NCBI GenBank assembly: GCA_028826165.1
Contig: JAPDFW010000145.1
Span: 43,931-107,930, forward strand
Direction of reading: 5' to 3'
From: Anaeramoeba ignava BMAN
Lineage: Eukaryota; Protista; Anaeramoebae
Length of the DNA stretch: 64,000 nucleotides
Part shown: piece by piece, positions 1 to 10,377 of the stretch
How the letters are laid out: every line of letters begins with the position of its first letter
How positions within the stretch are numbered: the stretch's first letter is position 1
Notes under the pieces: generated by a model
The model's database searches: none
Told to the model about the DNA's origin: nothing
The model's input: only the letters and a program-made list of their open reading frames with translations
Program-made: the position numbers and the translations under genes

Positions 1-1800
1 TTAATTAAATTAATAAATAATTCAATTTTACAATTAAATTAAATAAATAATTCAATTTACAATTAAATTAATAAATAATTCAATTTACAATTAAATTAAA
101 TAAATAATTCAATTTTACAATTAAATTAAAATTAAAAAAATAAATTCAATTTACAATTAAATTAAATAAATAATTCAATTTACAATTAAATTAAATAAAT
201 AATTCAATTTACAATTAAATTAATAAATTAATTCAATTTACAATTAAATTAAAATAAAAAATAATAATTCAAATTTACAATTAAAATTAATAAATATAAT
301 TAAATTTTATAAATTAAATTAAATTAAAATAATTCAATTTACAATTAAATTCAATTTAAATAAATTCAATTTACTACAATTAAATTAAATAAATAAATTC
401 AATTTACAATTAAATTAAATAAATTCAATTTACAATTAAATTAAATAAATAAATTCAATTTACAATTAAATTAAATAAATAATTCAATTTACAATTAAAT
501 TAAATAAATAAATTCAATTTACAATTAAATTAAATATAATTCAATTTACAATTAAATTAAATAAATAATTCAATTTACAATTAAATTAAATAAAAATAAA
601 TTCAATTTACAATTAAATAAATTAAAAATTTCAATTTAAATTAATAAATTCAATTTACAATTAAATTAAATAAATAAATTCAATTTACAATTAAATTAAA
701 TAATTCAATTTACAATTAAATTAAATAAATTCAATTTACAATTAAATTAAATTAAATTCAATTTACAATTAAATTAAATTAAATTCAATTTACAATTAAA
801 TTAAATAATTCAATTTACAATTAAATTAAATAAATTCAATTTACAATTAAATTAAATTACAATTCAATTTACAATTAAATTAAATTACAATTCAATTTAC
901 AATTAAATTAAATTACAATTCAATTTACAATTAAATTAAATAAATAATTCAATTTACAATTAAATTAAATAAATAAATTCAATTTACAATTAAATTAAAT
1001 AAATAAATTCAATTTACAATTAAATTAAATAAATAAATTCAATTTACAATTAAATTAAATAAATAATTCAATTTACAATTAAATTAATAAATAAATATAA
1101 TTCAATTTACAATTAAATTAAAATAAATTCAATTTACAATTAAATTAAATAAATTCAATTTACAATTAAATTAAATAAATTCAATTTACAATTAAATTAA
1201 ATAAAAATTCAATTTACAATTAAATTAAATATAATTCAATTTACAATTAAATTAAATAAATTCAATTTACAATTAAATTAAATATAATTCAATTTACAAT
1301 TAAATTAAAATAAATTCAATTTACAATTAAATTAAAAATTAATTCAATTTTTAAATTAAATTAAATAAATTCAATTTACAATTAAATTAAAATTCAATTT
1401 ACAATTAAATTAAATATAATTCAATTTTACAATTTAAATTAAATTAAATTCAATTTCAAATTAAATTAAATTATAATTCAATTTTACAATTAAATTAAAT
1501 TAAATTCAATTTACAATTAAATTAAATTAATTCAATTTACAATTAAATTAAATAAATTCAATTTACAATTAAATTAAAATAATTCAATTTACAATTAAAT
1601 TAAAATTATTAAATTAATTCAATTTACAATTAAATTAAATTAAATTCAATTTACAATTAAATTAAATTAATTCAATTTACAATTAAATTAAATACATTCA
1701 ATTTACAATTAAATTAAATTAAATTCAATTTACAATTAAATTAATAAATTAAATTCAATTTACAATTAAATAAATAATTAATTCAATTTACAATTAAATT
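1..1800 (+). repeat. Minisatellite A: TTCAATTTACAATTAAAT core plus variable AT-rich linker, ~18-33 bp units
   Basis: Directly visible tandem array, truncated by the window start. Confidence 0.92.
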
Positions 1801-2620
1801 ACATTTTGTTTTCATTTTATTTATTTATCAATAAAACGAATTTATGTTCAAACACTTATTTTTCAATTTTATTTGATTTTTATTTGATTTTCATTGATTT
1901 ATTTTGATTTTCAATTATTTTGAATTAAAACAGAACAAAAAGTAAATCAATATTGAATTAAGTTATTTTATTATATTTTTTATTTGATTTAATATAAAAC
2001 AATTATTTCACTTCAATTGTAAAACAAAATTGAAGTATGTTTTGAATTAATTTACAACATAATTCCATTTAATTCACATTTATTTCAATTCAAATTTATA
2101 TTCAATTTCATTTATAGTTAATTTATAAAGGAAATAAAAAGTAAATTAAAAATGGGTTTGGGTTGAAGGGGCATAAGGGGATTAATAATAATTTATTCAT
2201 AATTTATTCATAATTTAATTTATTTTTTATTTTTATTTTTAATTTATGTTTTTAATTTTGAAATTTATTTTTATATTTGATATATATATTTTTAGTATTT
2301 TGTAAATTAAAATATTTATAAATAAATATTTATTTTAATTTTAATTTAATTTAATTTAATTTAATTTAATTTTGTTTTTTATTAATTTAGAATTAATAAT
2401 CAATTTTTAAAATATAATATATATTTTATCTTCTTTTTCTTCTTCTTCTATTTATTTATTTATTTATTTATTTGCAATTTCATTTTCAATTTAATTTAAT
2501 TTAATTTTCAATTTCAATTTCATTTTACAATTTAATTTCTATTTTCATTTTAATTTCAATTTAATTTAATTTAATTTTAATTCAATTTAATTCATATTTT
2601 ATATTTTATAAATTAAATAA
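1801..2620 (+). repeat. Module B (~800 bp, representative; 9 copies starting near 1801, 5308, 17917, 22138, 27808, 35060, 45881, 55073, 59960)
   Basis: Conserved ACATTTTGTTTTCATTTT...AAAACGAATTT...ACAGAACAAAAAGT...GGGGCATAAGGGG..., always between an A array and a core. Confidence 0.9.
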
Positions 2621-2625
2621 ATAAA

Positions 2626-3400
2626 ATATTTTTAATTGTAATTTATTTTATTTTCATTTTATTTTGTGTGTAAATGAATTTTGAAAAATCAAAAATAAAA
2701 TTAATAAAATAAAAATAAATTTTGAAAATAATAATTGAATTATTAATAAAATAAAAATATTAGAATTAATTAATTAATTAATTATAAATGAAAATTTATT
2801 ATTATTAATTATTAAAATAAATAAATTTGAAATGAAAAATAATAAATAAAAATGAATATTAATTATATTATATAAATATAATGAATGAATATATAATTAA
2901 TAAATATATAATAATAAATATCAATTCAAAAATATATCTAATATAAAATGTTTAAAAATAAAAATAAATTTTTAAAAGTATAAATCAAAATAAATAATAT
3001 TTTTTTTATCAACTTAATTTCAATTTATATAAATATAAATCAAAAATAAAAAAAATCAAATTTTATTCTAATTTATATATTTTAAACATTTTTCAATAAT
3101 AAATATTAAATCAAAATATATATTCAAAATTAATATAATAATGAAATCAAATTTATTATCAATATTATATTAATAAATAATATAATAAATATAATATAAG
3201 AATTAATAAATATATTAATAAAAATATATTTTATTAAATATTCTTTTTGGATTTGATTTTTATTTTGTAATTCTTTTTATATTTTTAGAATAATTATTTA
3301 TTTATTTTCATTTATTATTTTATTCAAAATTTCATTTTAATTTCATTTACAATTTAATTTTATTTTTAAATATAATTTAATTTCATTTTCATTTTCAATT
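2626..3400 (+). repeat. Core module C (representative copy, ~780 bp)
   Basis: AATATTTTTAATTGTAATT...GTGTGTAAATG...AAAAGTATAAATC...TTTGGATTTG... is near-identical across the window. Confidence 0.9.
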
Positions 3401-4365
3401 TGATTTTAATTTGAATTTAATTTGGATTTGATTTGATTTAAATTTGAATTTAATTTGAATTTAATTTGATTTGAATTTGAATTTAATTTAATTTGAATTT
3501 GATTTTGATTTGAATTTAATTTGAATTTAATTTGAATTTAATTTGAATTTTGAATTTGATTTGAATTTAAATTTGAATTTGAATTTTTGAATTTGATTTG
3601 AATTTGAATTTGAATTTGAATTTGAATTTGAATTTGATTTGGAATTTAATTTGAATTTGATTGGAATTAAATTTGAATTTAATTTTGATTTTTAATTTTG
3701 AATTTGATTTTGAATTTGATTTGAATTTGATTTGAAATTTAATTTGAATTTGAATTTAATTTAAATTTTAAATTTAAAATTTAATTAATTAAATTAATTT
3801 TAATTTAAAATTTCAATTTAAAATTAATTTTGATTTTGAATTTTCAATTTAATTTAAATTTTAATTTTTGAATTCAATTTACAATTTATTAATTTAATTA
3901 ATTTCAATTTACAATTAAATTTTAAATTAAAATTTCAATTTACAATTAAATTTTAAAAATTTAATTTTGATTTAAATTTACAATTTCAATTTACAATTTA
4001 AATTAAATTTAAATTTGAATTTGATTTGAATTAAAATTTAAATTTAAATTAAATTTAATTTTAATTTTTACAATTAATTTAAATTTAAATTTTAAATTAA
4101 TTTAATTAATTAATTTGAATTAAATTTAATTCAATTTAAATTTAAATTTTAATTTAAATTAAATTTGAATTTAATTTTAATTTGAATTAAATTAAATTAA
4201 ATCAAATAATTCAATTTTAATTAAATTTATTTAAATTTGATTTGAATTAAATTTAAATTTTCAATTTAGATTAAAATCAACTTTTACATAAAAATAAATA
4301 AACACAAAAATCAATCAATATTCATTTCTGATTTTTATTTTAAATTTTCAATTATTTTTATTTTG

Positions 4366-5305
4366 AATTCAATTTACAATTAAATTAAATTCAATTTAAT
4401 TAAATTACATTCAATTTACAATTAAATTACATTCAATTTACAATTAAATTCATTCAATTTACAATTAAATTACATTCAATTTACAATTAAATTAAATAAA
4501 TAATTCAATTTTTAAATTAAATTACATTCAATTACAATTAAATTAAATTTACAATTAAAAATTCATTCAATTTACAATTAAATTAAATAAATAAATTCAA
4601 TTTTACAATTAAATTAAATAAATTAAAATTCAATTTACAATTAAATTAAATTAATAAATTCAATTTACAATTAAATTTAATTTTAATAAATAATTCAATT
4701 TACAATTAAATTTACAATTAAATTTACAATTAAATTAAATTTACTGATTAAATTAAATTCAATTTACAATTAAATTACATTCAATTTACAATTAAATTAA
4801 ATTCAATTTACAATTAAATTAAATTAAATTCAATTTAATTAAATTAAATTACATTCAATTTACAATTAAATTACATTCAATTTACAATTAAATAAATTCA
4901 ATTTACAATTAAATAAATTCAATTTACAATTAAATAAATTCAATTTACAATTAAATAAATTCAATTTACAATTAAATTAAATAAATTCAATTTACAATTA
5001 AATTAAATAAATTCAATTTACAATTAAATTAAATAAATTCAATTTACAATTAAATTAAAATAATTCAATTTACAATTAAATCAATAATTAATTAATTCAA
5101 TTTACAATTAAATTAAATAAATTCAATTTACAATTAAATTCAATTTACAATTAAATTAAATAATTCAATTTACAATTAAATTAAATAAATATAATTCAAT
5201 TTACAATTAAATTAAATAAATAAATTCAATTTACAATTAAATTAAATAAATAAATTCAATTTACAATTAAATTAAATATATTCAATTTACAATTAAATTA
5301 ATAAT
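4366..5305 (+). repeat. Minisatellite A array
   Basis: TTCAATTTACAATTAAAT tandem units between linker H and module B. Confidence 0.9.
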
Positions 5306-6615
5306 TTTACATTTTGTTTTCATTTTATTTATTTATCAATAAAACGAATTTATGTTCAAACACTTATTTTTCAATTTTATTTGATTTTTATTTGATTTTC
5401 ATTGATTTATTTTGATTTTCAATTATTTTAAATTAAAACAGAACAAAAAGTAAATCAATATTGAATTAAGTTATTTTATTATATTTTTTATTCGATTTAA
5501 TATAAAACAATTATTTCATTCCAATTGTAAAACAAAATTGAAGTATGTTTTGAATTAATTTACAATATAATTCCATTTAATTTATATTTATTTCAATTCA
5601 AATTTATGTTCAATTTTAATTATAGTTAATTTATAAAGGAAATAAAAAGTAAATTAAAATTGGGTTGGGTTGAAGGGGCATAAGGGGATTAATAATAATT
5701 TATTCATAATTTATTCATAATTTAATTTATTTTTTATTTTTATTTTTAATTTATGTTCTTAATTTTGAAATTTATTTTTATATTTGATATATATATTTTT
5801 AGTATTTTGTAAATTAAAATATTTATAAATAAATATTTATTTTAATTTATTTTAATTTTAATTTAATTTAATTTTGTTTTTTATTAATTTAGAATTAATA
5901 ATCAATTTTTAAAATATAATATATATTTTATCTTCTTTTTTTTCTTCTTCTATTTATTTATTTATTTATTTATTTATTTGCAATTTCATTTTCAATTTCA
6001 ATTTAATTTTCATTTTCATTTTACAATTTAATTTCTATTTTCATTTTAATTTTCAATTTAGTTTAATTTTAATTCAATTTAATTCATATTTTTATATTTT
6101 ATAAATTAAATAAAATATTTTTAATTGTAATTTATTTTATTTTCATTTTATTTTATGTGTAAATGAATTTTGAAAAATCAAAAATAAAATTAATAAAATA
6201 AATAAAAATAAATTTTGAAAATAATAATTGAATTATTAATAAAATAAAAATATTAAAATTAATTAATTAATTAATTATAAATCAAAATTTATTATTATTA
6301 ATTATTAAAATAAATAAATTTGAAATGAAAAATAATAAATAAAAATGAATATTAATTATATTATATAAATATAATAAATGAATATATAATTAATAAATAT
6401 ATAATAATAAATATCAATTCAAAATATATGTAGTATAAAATGTTTAAAAAATAAAAATAAATTTTTAAAAGTATAAATCAAAATAAATAATATTTTTTTT
6501 ATCAACTTAATTTCAATTTATATAAATATAAATCAAAAAAAAAAAATAAAAAAAAAATCAAATTTTATCCTCGAAAAATTGAAACAATAAAATTTTATTT
6601 TTCAAAAATTTAATT

Positions 6616-6710
6616 AAAGACCCGGAAAAATAAAATTTCATTTTTATTGACGGGGGCGAATTTATTTTCTGCCATTTGGGGAAAATAAAATTTTATTTTT
6701 CCAGGTCTTT
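6616..6710. repeat. Left subterminal inverted repeat of the YR element (29-bp arms, 27/29)
   Basis: AAAGACCCGGAAAAATAAAATTTCATTTT (6616-6644) versus AAAATAAAATTTTATTTTTCCAGGTCTTT (6682-6710). Confidence 0.85.
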
Positions 6711-6823
6711 TTCCCCTTTTTAAAATTGAAATTTCTCCTTTTTATTTCAAAATAAAATGATATTTGAGAAATTTGGTTTTTTATTGAAAAGTGAGTAAAT
6801 TCCAAAAAATCCTAAAAAAAACC

Positions 6824-6939
6824 ATGAAGAAAATGAAAATGAAGAAAATGAAAATGAAGAAAATGAAAATGAAGAAAATGAAAATGAAGAAAATGAAAAT
6901 GAAGAAAATGAAAATGAAGAAAATGAAGAAAATGAAAAT
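6824..6939. repeat. 15-bp minisatellite (ATGAAGAAAATGAAA)n inside the YR element, downstream of the stop codon
   Basis: Directly visible, about 7-8 units. Confidence 0.9.
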
Positions 6940-6982
6940 CAGTAAAAATCCAAGAATGAGATCCCAAGCATTCAACCTACTG

Positions 6983-8173
6983 TTACTTCTTTTCATCAGG
7001 GTTCAAGAATGTTGATTTCCAAGTTGTTGCCATGTCTTTCAATGATCTCTTTCGGTCGTGTACTCCAATGTTGATTGATATAATCGAGTTTGAGGGATTT
7101 CCAATTGAGATCCCATTGGGAAATAAAAGTGGAAGGTTTTGGTTTGAGTTGTTCTCTTTTTGATCTAATTTAAGCTGCAATGCATTATCAATTGCTTTTT
7201 CTTTCTCTAAACAAACTCTTTTATATAATTGGAGAGATGATTCTGATTTATGCCCACTTTTTAATTTCATAATTTCTTGATCTTGGATCCCTTGGTTGTA
7301 TAGCCTCGATACACAAGTTACACGAAAGGAATGTAGACCAATTTTCTTATTAATATTAACTTTTTTGCATAGCTCTTGTAAATGTCTTCTCAATGTAGGT
7401 GCTTTAATTGCTTGGTTTGTAAGGGGATTTCCTGTAAAGTTTTTCTTTTTGAATGATCTAAAAAGCCGATTGTCTGGATTCGTGGGTAACTCTGATCGAA
7501 ATTTCCAATACTTGCTCAAAATTAAATATGGATCTTTCGGTGAATCTGAAAAAGGAAATAGTTTGACTGTTTTTGGTTCAAAGTTAGTCACTCCAATTGT
7601 TGCCTTATTGTTTTTGCATTCACCTTGTACATACTCTATAAAATCTTGACCATCAATGTGCCCAAAATGAATTTGTGTCAATGTCAGATCTGCGATCTCT
7701 TGTCCTCTCAAACAAAAATGGATTCCAACTACCATCACCGTTGCAATTGTCAAATGTTTTGGATTTTCTAACCTTAGATATTCCATCAATTTAGTTTGTT
7801 CAGCTTCTTTCAAATCTTGATAATGCGAAGTAAAACAGTTTCCAGCTGCAATAATTTCTTTTAACCGGTTTTCTACGGTGTTCTTGATGTCCTCAAATTC
7901 AGAATTTTTTAAATCTACGCTAATTAATTTCTTTTGATTCAAATACGATAAAAGGTTTGAGCAATAGGACCGATAAGTTTTAAGTTTGTATTCCTTTCCG
8001 TTACTCCTTTTTAATTGAATAAAAAATCGACAGATGGTGTCTTTGAGATCTATTTCTTCGAAAGTAACATTCTCAGCTTTCAAAAATCTTTCCCATTTCT
8101 TTCCCATAACAGAAATCGATTTTTGTGTATTTAAAGGGATTTTTTTTTTTTTGTACTCCTCAACAGATGTCAT
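6983..8173 (-). CDS. Tyrosine recombinase, Crypton-like (phage-integrase fold), 396 aa, intronless
   Basis: Catalytic residues are in canonical order: R (FCLRGQEI), K (CKNN), HxxR (GLHSFRVT), H (SGHKS), Y (LQLYKR). The N-terminal region (CRFFIQLKRSNGKEYKLKTYRSY) resembles Crypton-type YRs. It is the only long complex ORF in the window. Confidence 0.93.
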   Translation of the reverse strand: MTSVEEYKKKKIPLNTQKSISVMGKKWERFLKAENVTFEEIDLKDTICRFFIQLKRSNGKEYKLKTYRSYCSNLLSYLNQKKLISVDLKNSEFEDIKNTVENRLKEIIAAGNCFTSHYQDLKEAEQTKLMEYLRLENPKHLTIATVMVVGIHFCLRGQEIADLTLTQIHFGHIDGQDFIEYVQGECKNNKATIGVTNFEPKTVKLFPFSDSPKDPYLILSKYWKFRSELPTNPDNRLFRSFKKKNFTGNPLTNQAIKAPTLRRHLQELCKKVNINKKIGLHSFRVTCVSRLYNQGIQDQEIMKLKSGHKSESSLQLYKRVCLEKEKAIDNALQLKLDQKENNSNQNLPLLFPNGISIGNPSNSIISINIGVHDRKRSLKDMATTWKSTFLNPDEKK

Positions 8174-8342
8174 AAGAGACGAATGAAAATCAAAAAAAAA
8201 TTTTTTTTTTCTTTTGAATCCCGAATTAGAAAAATTTTTTCTTAAATAGTTTTCTCTTAAATTTTTTTTTCTCCTTTTTTCGATTTTTTTCTCCTTTTAT
8301 TTTTTTTTTATTTTTTTTTTATTTTTTATTTTTTGGATCAGA

Positions 8343-8542
8343 TCAATTTTTTGAGGATAAAAATACTATTTGCCCTCATTCGGAAAAATAAAATCATTTT
8401 TGAATCTCGATTTTTAGCTAAACCATCCGCTCGCCAGGGCTCGCTAAGATAATTTTGGCTCGTAAACGAGCCACCGCTAAAAATCTCGATTGCAAAAATA
8501 AAATTTTATTTTTCCAAATTTGAGCAAATAGTTTATCTTTAT
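8343..8542. other. Right-end fold-back of the YR element with an internal region complementary to both element ends
   Basis: 8343-8356 is the reverse complement of 6569-6582 (13/14). 8357-8361 ATAAA complements the TTTAT core. Further pairings: 8365-8373/8524-8532 (9/9), 8382-8394/8503-8515 (13/13), 8396-8402/8493-8499 (7/7), 8403-8418/8476-8491 (14/16). Confidence 0.85.
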
Positions 8543-8899
8543 TCTAATTTATATATTTTAAACATTTTTCAATAATAAATATTAAATCAAAATATATATT
8601 CAAAATTAATATAATAATGGAATCAAATTTATTATCAATATTATATTAATAAATAATATAATAAATATAATATCAGAATAATAAATATATTAATAAAAAT
8701 ATATTTTATTAAATATTCTTTTTTTTGGATTTGATTTTTATTTTGTAATTCTTTTTATATTTTTTAGAATAATTATTTATTTCTTTTCATTTATTATTTT
8801 ATTCAAAATTTCATTTTTAATTTCATTTACAATTTAATTTATTTTAAATATAATTTAATTTCATTTCCATTTTCATTTTCAATTTCATTTTTTCATATT

Positions 8900-10018
8900 T
8901 ATATATATAATTAATCAATTTAATTTCCAATTTATTTATAATTTATATTCAAAAATAAAAATCAATTTCTCTCTATATATAAAATATATAAATTTAATTT
9001 TTCAATTTATTTATAATTTAAATTCAAAATAAAAATCAATTTATTTATATATATTATAAACAAATTTATAATAAAATACTTAATTAATTTAATTCCCAAT
9101 TTATTTATAATTTATATTCAAAAATAAAAATCAATTTCTCTCTATATATAAAATATATAAATTTATTTTTCAATTTATTTATAATTTAAATTAAAAATAA
9201 AAATCAATTTATTTATATATATTATAAACAAATTTATAATAAAATAATTAATTAATTTAATTCCCAATTTATTTATAATTTATATTCAAAATAAAAAATC
9301 AATTTCTCTCTATATATAAAATATATAAATTTATTTTTCAATTTATTTATAATTTATATTCAAAATAAAAATCAATTTATTTATATATATTATAAAACAA
9401 ATTTATAACAAAATACTTAATTAATTTAATTTCCAATTTATTTATAATTTATATTCAAAAATAAAAATCAATTTCTCTCTATATATAAAAAGTATATAAA
9501 TTTATTTTTAATTTATTTCAATTCAAATTAAAAATAAAAATCAATTTATTTATATATATTATAAACAAATTTATAACAAAATAATTTATTAATTTAATTT
9601 TCAATTTATTTATAATTTATATTCAAAAATAAAAATCAATTTCTCTCTATATATAAAATATATAAATTTATTTTTCAATTTATTTATAATTTAAATTAAA
9701 AATAAAAATCAATTTATTTATATATATTATAAACAAATTTATAACAAAATAATTAATTAATTTAATTTCCAATTTATTTATAATTTATATTCAAAAAATA
9801 AAAAATCAATTTCTCTCTATATATAAAATATATAAATTTATTTTTCAATTTATTTATAATTTAAATTAAAAATAAAAAAAATCAATTTATTTATATATAT
9901 TATAAACAAATTTATAATAAAATAATTAATCAATTTAATTTCCAATTTATTTATAATTTATATTCAAAAAATAAAAAATCAATTTCTCTCTATATATAAA
10001 ATATATAAATTTATTTTT
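8900..10018 (+). repeat. Satellite F: ~169-bp tandem unit, 7 anchors
   Basis: CTCTCTATATATA anchor at about 8969, 9138, 9306, 9475, 9643, 9813 and 9986. Confidence 0.9.
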
Positions 10019-10377
10019 GAATTTGATTTGAATTTGATTTGAATTTGATTTGAATTAAATTTGAATTTGATTTGAATTTAATTTGAATTTGATTTGAATT
10101 TAATTTTAATTTAATTTGAATTTGAATTTAATTTGAATTTAATTTGAATTTGATTTTGAATTTGAATTTGAATTTGATTTGAATTTGATTTGAATTTGAT
10201 TTGAATTTGAATTTAATTTGAATTTAATTTTAATTTAATTTGAATTTGAATTTAATTTTAATTTAATTTGAATTTGAATTTAATTTGAATTTAATTTAAT
10301 TTGAATTTAATTTGATTTGAATTTAAAACAAATAAATAAATATTTATTTCTTTTGGTTATTTTTCTTTTTTCTTTTT

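Larger units (their letters stand above)
6569..8542 (-). mobile_element. Crypton-like tyrosine-recombinase DNA transposon, 1974 bp, bounded by a 5-bp TTTAT direct repeat (6564-6568 and 8538-8542)
   Basis: Empty core copies read CAAATTTTAT|TCTAATTTATATATTTT. Here CAAATTTTAT is followed by CCTCGAAAAA..., and the core resumes at ...GTTTATC-TTTAT|TCTAATTTATATATTTT. Single YR ORF, no RT, no end-to-end TIRs. Confidence 0.88.

Noticed and set aside
1801-2620. tRNA/5S-linked STR array (Entamoeba-like) with an RNA gene in module B
   Set aside because: No tRNA A/B boxes or 5S-like sequence; GC is too low apart from the 27-bp G motif.
3760-4255. Scrambled repeat patches (also ~29600-29790, 30800-31060, 33300-34100) as new repeat families
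   Set aside because: They look like mixtures of neighbouring motifs, consistent with noisy long-read consensus; not interpretable without reads.
6781-7015. KKMKM-rich (+) and FIF-rich (-) ORFs
   Set aside because: They are translations of the 15-bp minisatellite.
7296-7649. 117-aa ORF on the + strand
   Set aside because: It is an antisense shadow of the YR gene with no recognisable motif and a non-ATG start.
6569-8542. Bacterial integron/prophage integrase or complete DIRS retrotransposon
   Set aside because: There are no cassette or phage genes, no gag/RT/RNase H and no long ITRs; it is embedded precisely in eukaryote-like satellite.
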